64,000 nt of DNA from Macrostomum lignano (Eukaryota): assembly GCA_002269645.1 (NCBI GenBank), contig NIVC01001497.1, forward strand, positions 124,001 to 188,000. Reading direction: 5' to 3'. Under the pieces are notes generated by a model. The model had not been told where the DNA came from. It searched no databases and was given only the letters and a program-made list of their open reading frames with translations. The translations under genes were made by a program, and so were the position numbers. Positions within the stretch are counted from its first letter, which is position 1. Every line of letters begins with the position of its first letter. Shown here piece after piece: positions 62,110-64,000 of the stretch.

Positions 62110-63294
62110 CTGCAGGCTGCAGTGAAAGAAGAAATTTATACAAAATTTGTTGCAAGATTAAAGCAGAATATGTCCCTCCCGACTTAAACACAGTGAAGAA
62201 TTCGCAAGCGCGGGTTTAAAGTGTCAGAAGATTTCAGTATTTGCAGTGCAGCAATTCTAAGAAAGCTTCAGATGCCTTGCAACAGATAAGCTTGGAGAGA
62301 GGCTGTGCAGTTTTGTCGGCTCTGCCATTTGCCACTGGACAGACTAAAGGAAAAAGCACTTGAATACTTAGGGCGAGGGATCTAGATAGAAAATTTCCCA
62401 ACAGAATTGCCGATTGCTTATCCCCATTCTGCCCTCTCGGCCAGCTAATTGGATGAGGGGGAGGCTGACCCGAGCTGAGTGCTGGCCGAAAAAAGGGATA
62501 GATAAAATATGCGCGCACAATACTCATGGGAGGCGGCCTTGCGGTTGTCTGCTTTAGATATGAGAGCATGAGAGCTATCGGAGATGGAGCTCAGAATCTG
62601 CCCCAATCGGACTCATACACCGATAGCGATAGCATTATTCAGTCAGACTCCGACTTGAGCAGAGTGGCTTCTTTATCAACTGGTCCTGGCTTCTTCTAGG
62701 AGCAATTTCTGTCTAGTCGGTGGCAGCCGGCCAGTCCAGACAGAACTCAATGAGATTCAGTCTGGGCCAGACGGGAGGCTGGAATTAAAGGACAAACTGG
62801 CTTGGGGAGCAGCCGGCCTACCCGGATGCAATTTATATAGGAGAAGAGAAACTTTCCCCCTCAGTTTTTATCCTATTTCGACTTTAACTTGAGTTGACTT
62901 GAGTTGAGTTGAGTGGCCTCTCAAACGTCTCCTTTCTGTCCCAGTTCGAGGAAGGAGAGAGGGAGAGAAAGCAAAACGAATAAACGTTCTCAGTCTCTTC
63001 CAACAGCTCCAGTGCTGTAGCAAACGAGTTTCCAATTCTTTCTACTGTTAAAGCTTGAGCCAAGATGGGTTCGGAGCCCTCTTCTTGCAGAAGCAGACGC
63101 AGGCCAGAAACGTAAAGCATATAATTTTGCGTTGCTGGGCAGGAAATACCAATCTCAAAGCCATCAGTATGGGGAGATTCTGGGGGATCAGGCAGGCACG
63201 CCTGGCTTATCAACCAGGGATTTTTGTCCCCCCCCAAACCCTCACTGTCATGAATAATTTTGCACAGCAGTTGCAGGTCCTGTTGGTCATGCCC

Positions 63295-63912
63295 TGGGTC
63301 TGCTCTGGGTCTGCTCTGAGTTTGCTCTGGGTCTGCTCTGGGTCTGCTCTGGGTCTGCTCTGGGTCTGCTCTGAGTGTGCTCTGGGTCTGCTCTGGGTCT
63401 GCTCTGAGTGTGCTCTGGGTCTGGTCTGAGTGTGCTCTGGGTCTGCTCTGGGTCTGCTCTGAGTGTGCTCTGGGTCTGCTCTGGGTCTGCTCTGAGTGTG
63501 CTCTGGGTCTGGTCTGAGTGTGCTCTGGGTCTGCTCTGGGTCTGCTCTGAGTGTGCTCTGGGTCTGCTCTGGGTCTGCTCTGAGTGTGCTCTGGGTCTGG
63601 TCTGAGTGTGCTCTGGGTCTGCTCTGGGTCTGCTCTGAGTGTGCTCTGGGTCTGCTCTGAGTGTGCTCTGGGTCTGCTCTGAGTGTGCTCTGGGTCTGCT
63701 CTGAGTGTGCTCTGGGTCTGCTCTGAGTGTGCTCTGGGTCTGCTCTGAGTGTGCTCTGGGTCTGCTCTGAGTGTGCTCTGGGTCTGCTCTGAGTGTGCTC
63801 TGGGTCTGCTCTGAGTGTGCTCTGGTCTGCTCTGAGTGTGCTCTGGGTCTGCTCTGAGTGTGCTCTGGGTCTGCTCTGAGTGTGCTCTGGGTCTGGTCTA
63901 GGTCTGCTCTGG
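63295..63912. repeat. 10/12 bp compound repeat (ctctgggtct / gctctgagtgt)
   Basis: Visible compound tandem array. Confidence 0.93.
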
Positions 63913-64000
63913 GTGTAGCCGGTTGTTCAGCTTGACCTCGAATCTGACCAAAAGGGTGGGGCTCCCGACTCGGAGCTGTGCAGTGCACCAAGCGAGAGAG

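Noticed and set aside
2289-63991. Long ORFs in the track made of repeated peptides (e.g. ERRERQR, AASPFSP, MRSRYLH, QAPCT, GAKMSAC)
   Set aside because: They are stop-free frames of tandem arrays lying in introns or inside a MITE, often open on several frames and both strands, with no coding context.

Overview
Eukaryotic, intron-containing animal DNA with GC-rich exons and minisatellite-filled introns. The style resembles a macrostomid flatworm genome, but this is inference and was not verified. I could reconstruct four spliced genes with consistent intron phases: a NOX-family NADPH oxidase (+, 1577-5142), an Akt/PKB kinase (-, 9096-16761), a 3-Ig type I membrane protein (-, 45986-47308) and a SCHIP1-like protein (-, 49219 to at least 62109). 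Between 26.3 and 40.4 kb is a patchwork of three paralogous modules. Two carry a 73-74 aa secreted six-cysteine peptide gene, and all three carry a related but independently diverged 41-46 bp satellite. About 24 tandem arrays are present, and nearly every large intron has its own. Mobile DNA includes a deleted Tc1 element, a hAT-type MITE, a tRNA-derived SINE family (one full-length copy with TSD), an RTE fragment with a nested LINE 3' end, and palindromic elements. A ~5.8 kb block (19.8-25.5 kb) is almost free of CpG and shows direct signs of methyl-CpG decay. No CRISPR array, rRNA or intact tRNA was found. All analysis was manual, with no database searches.
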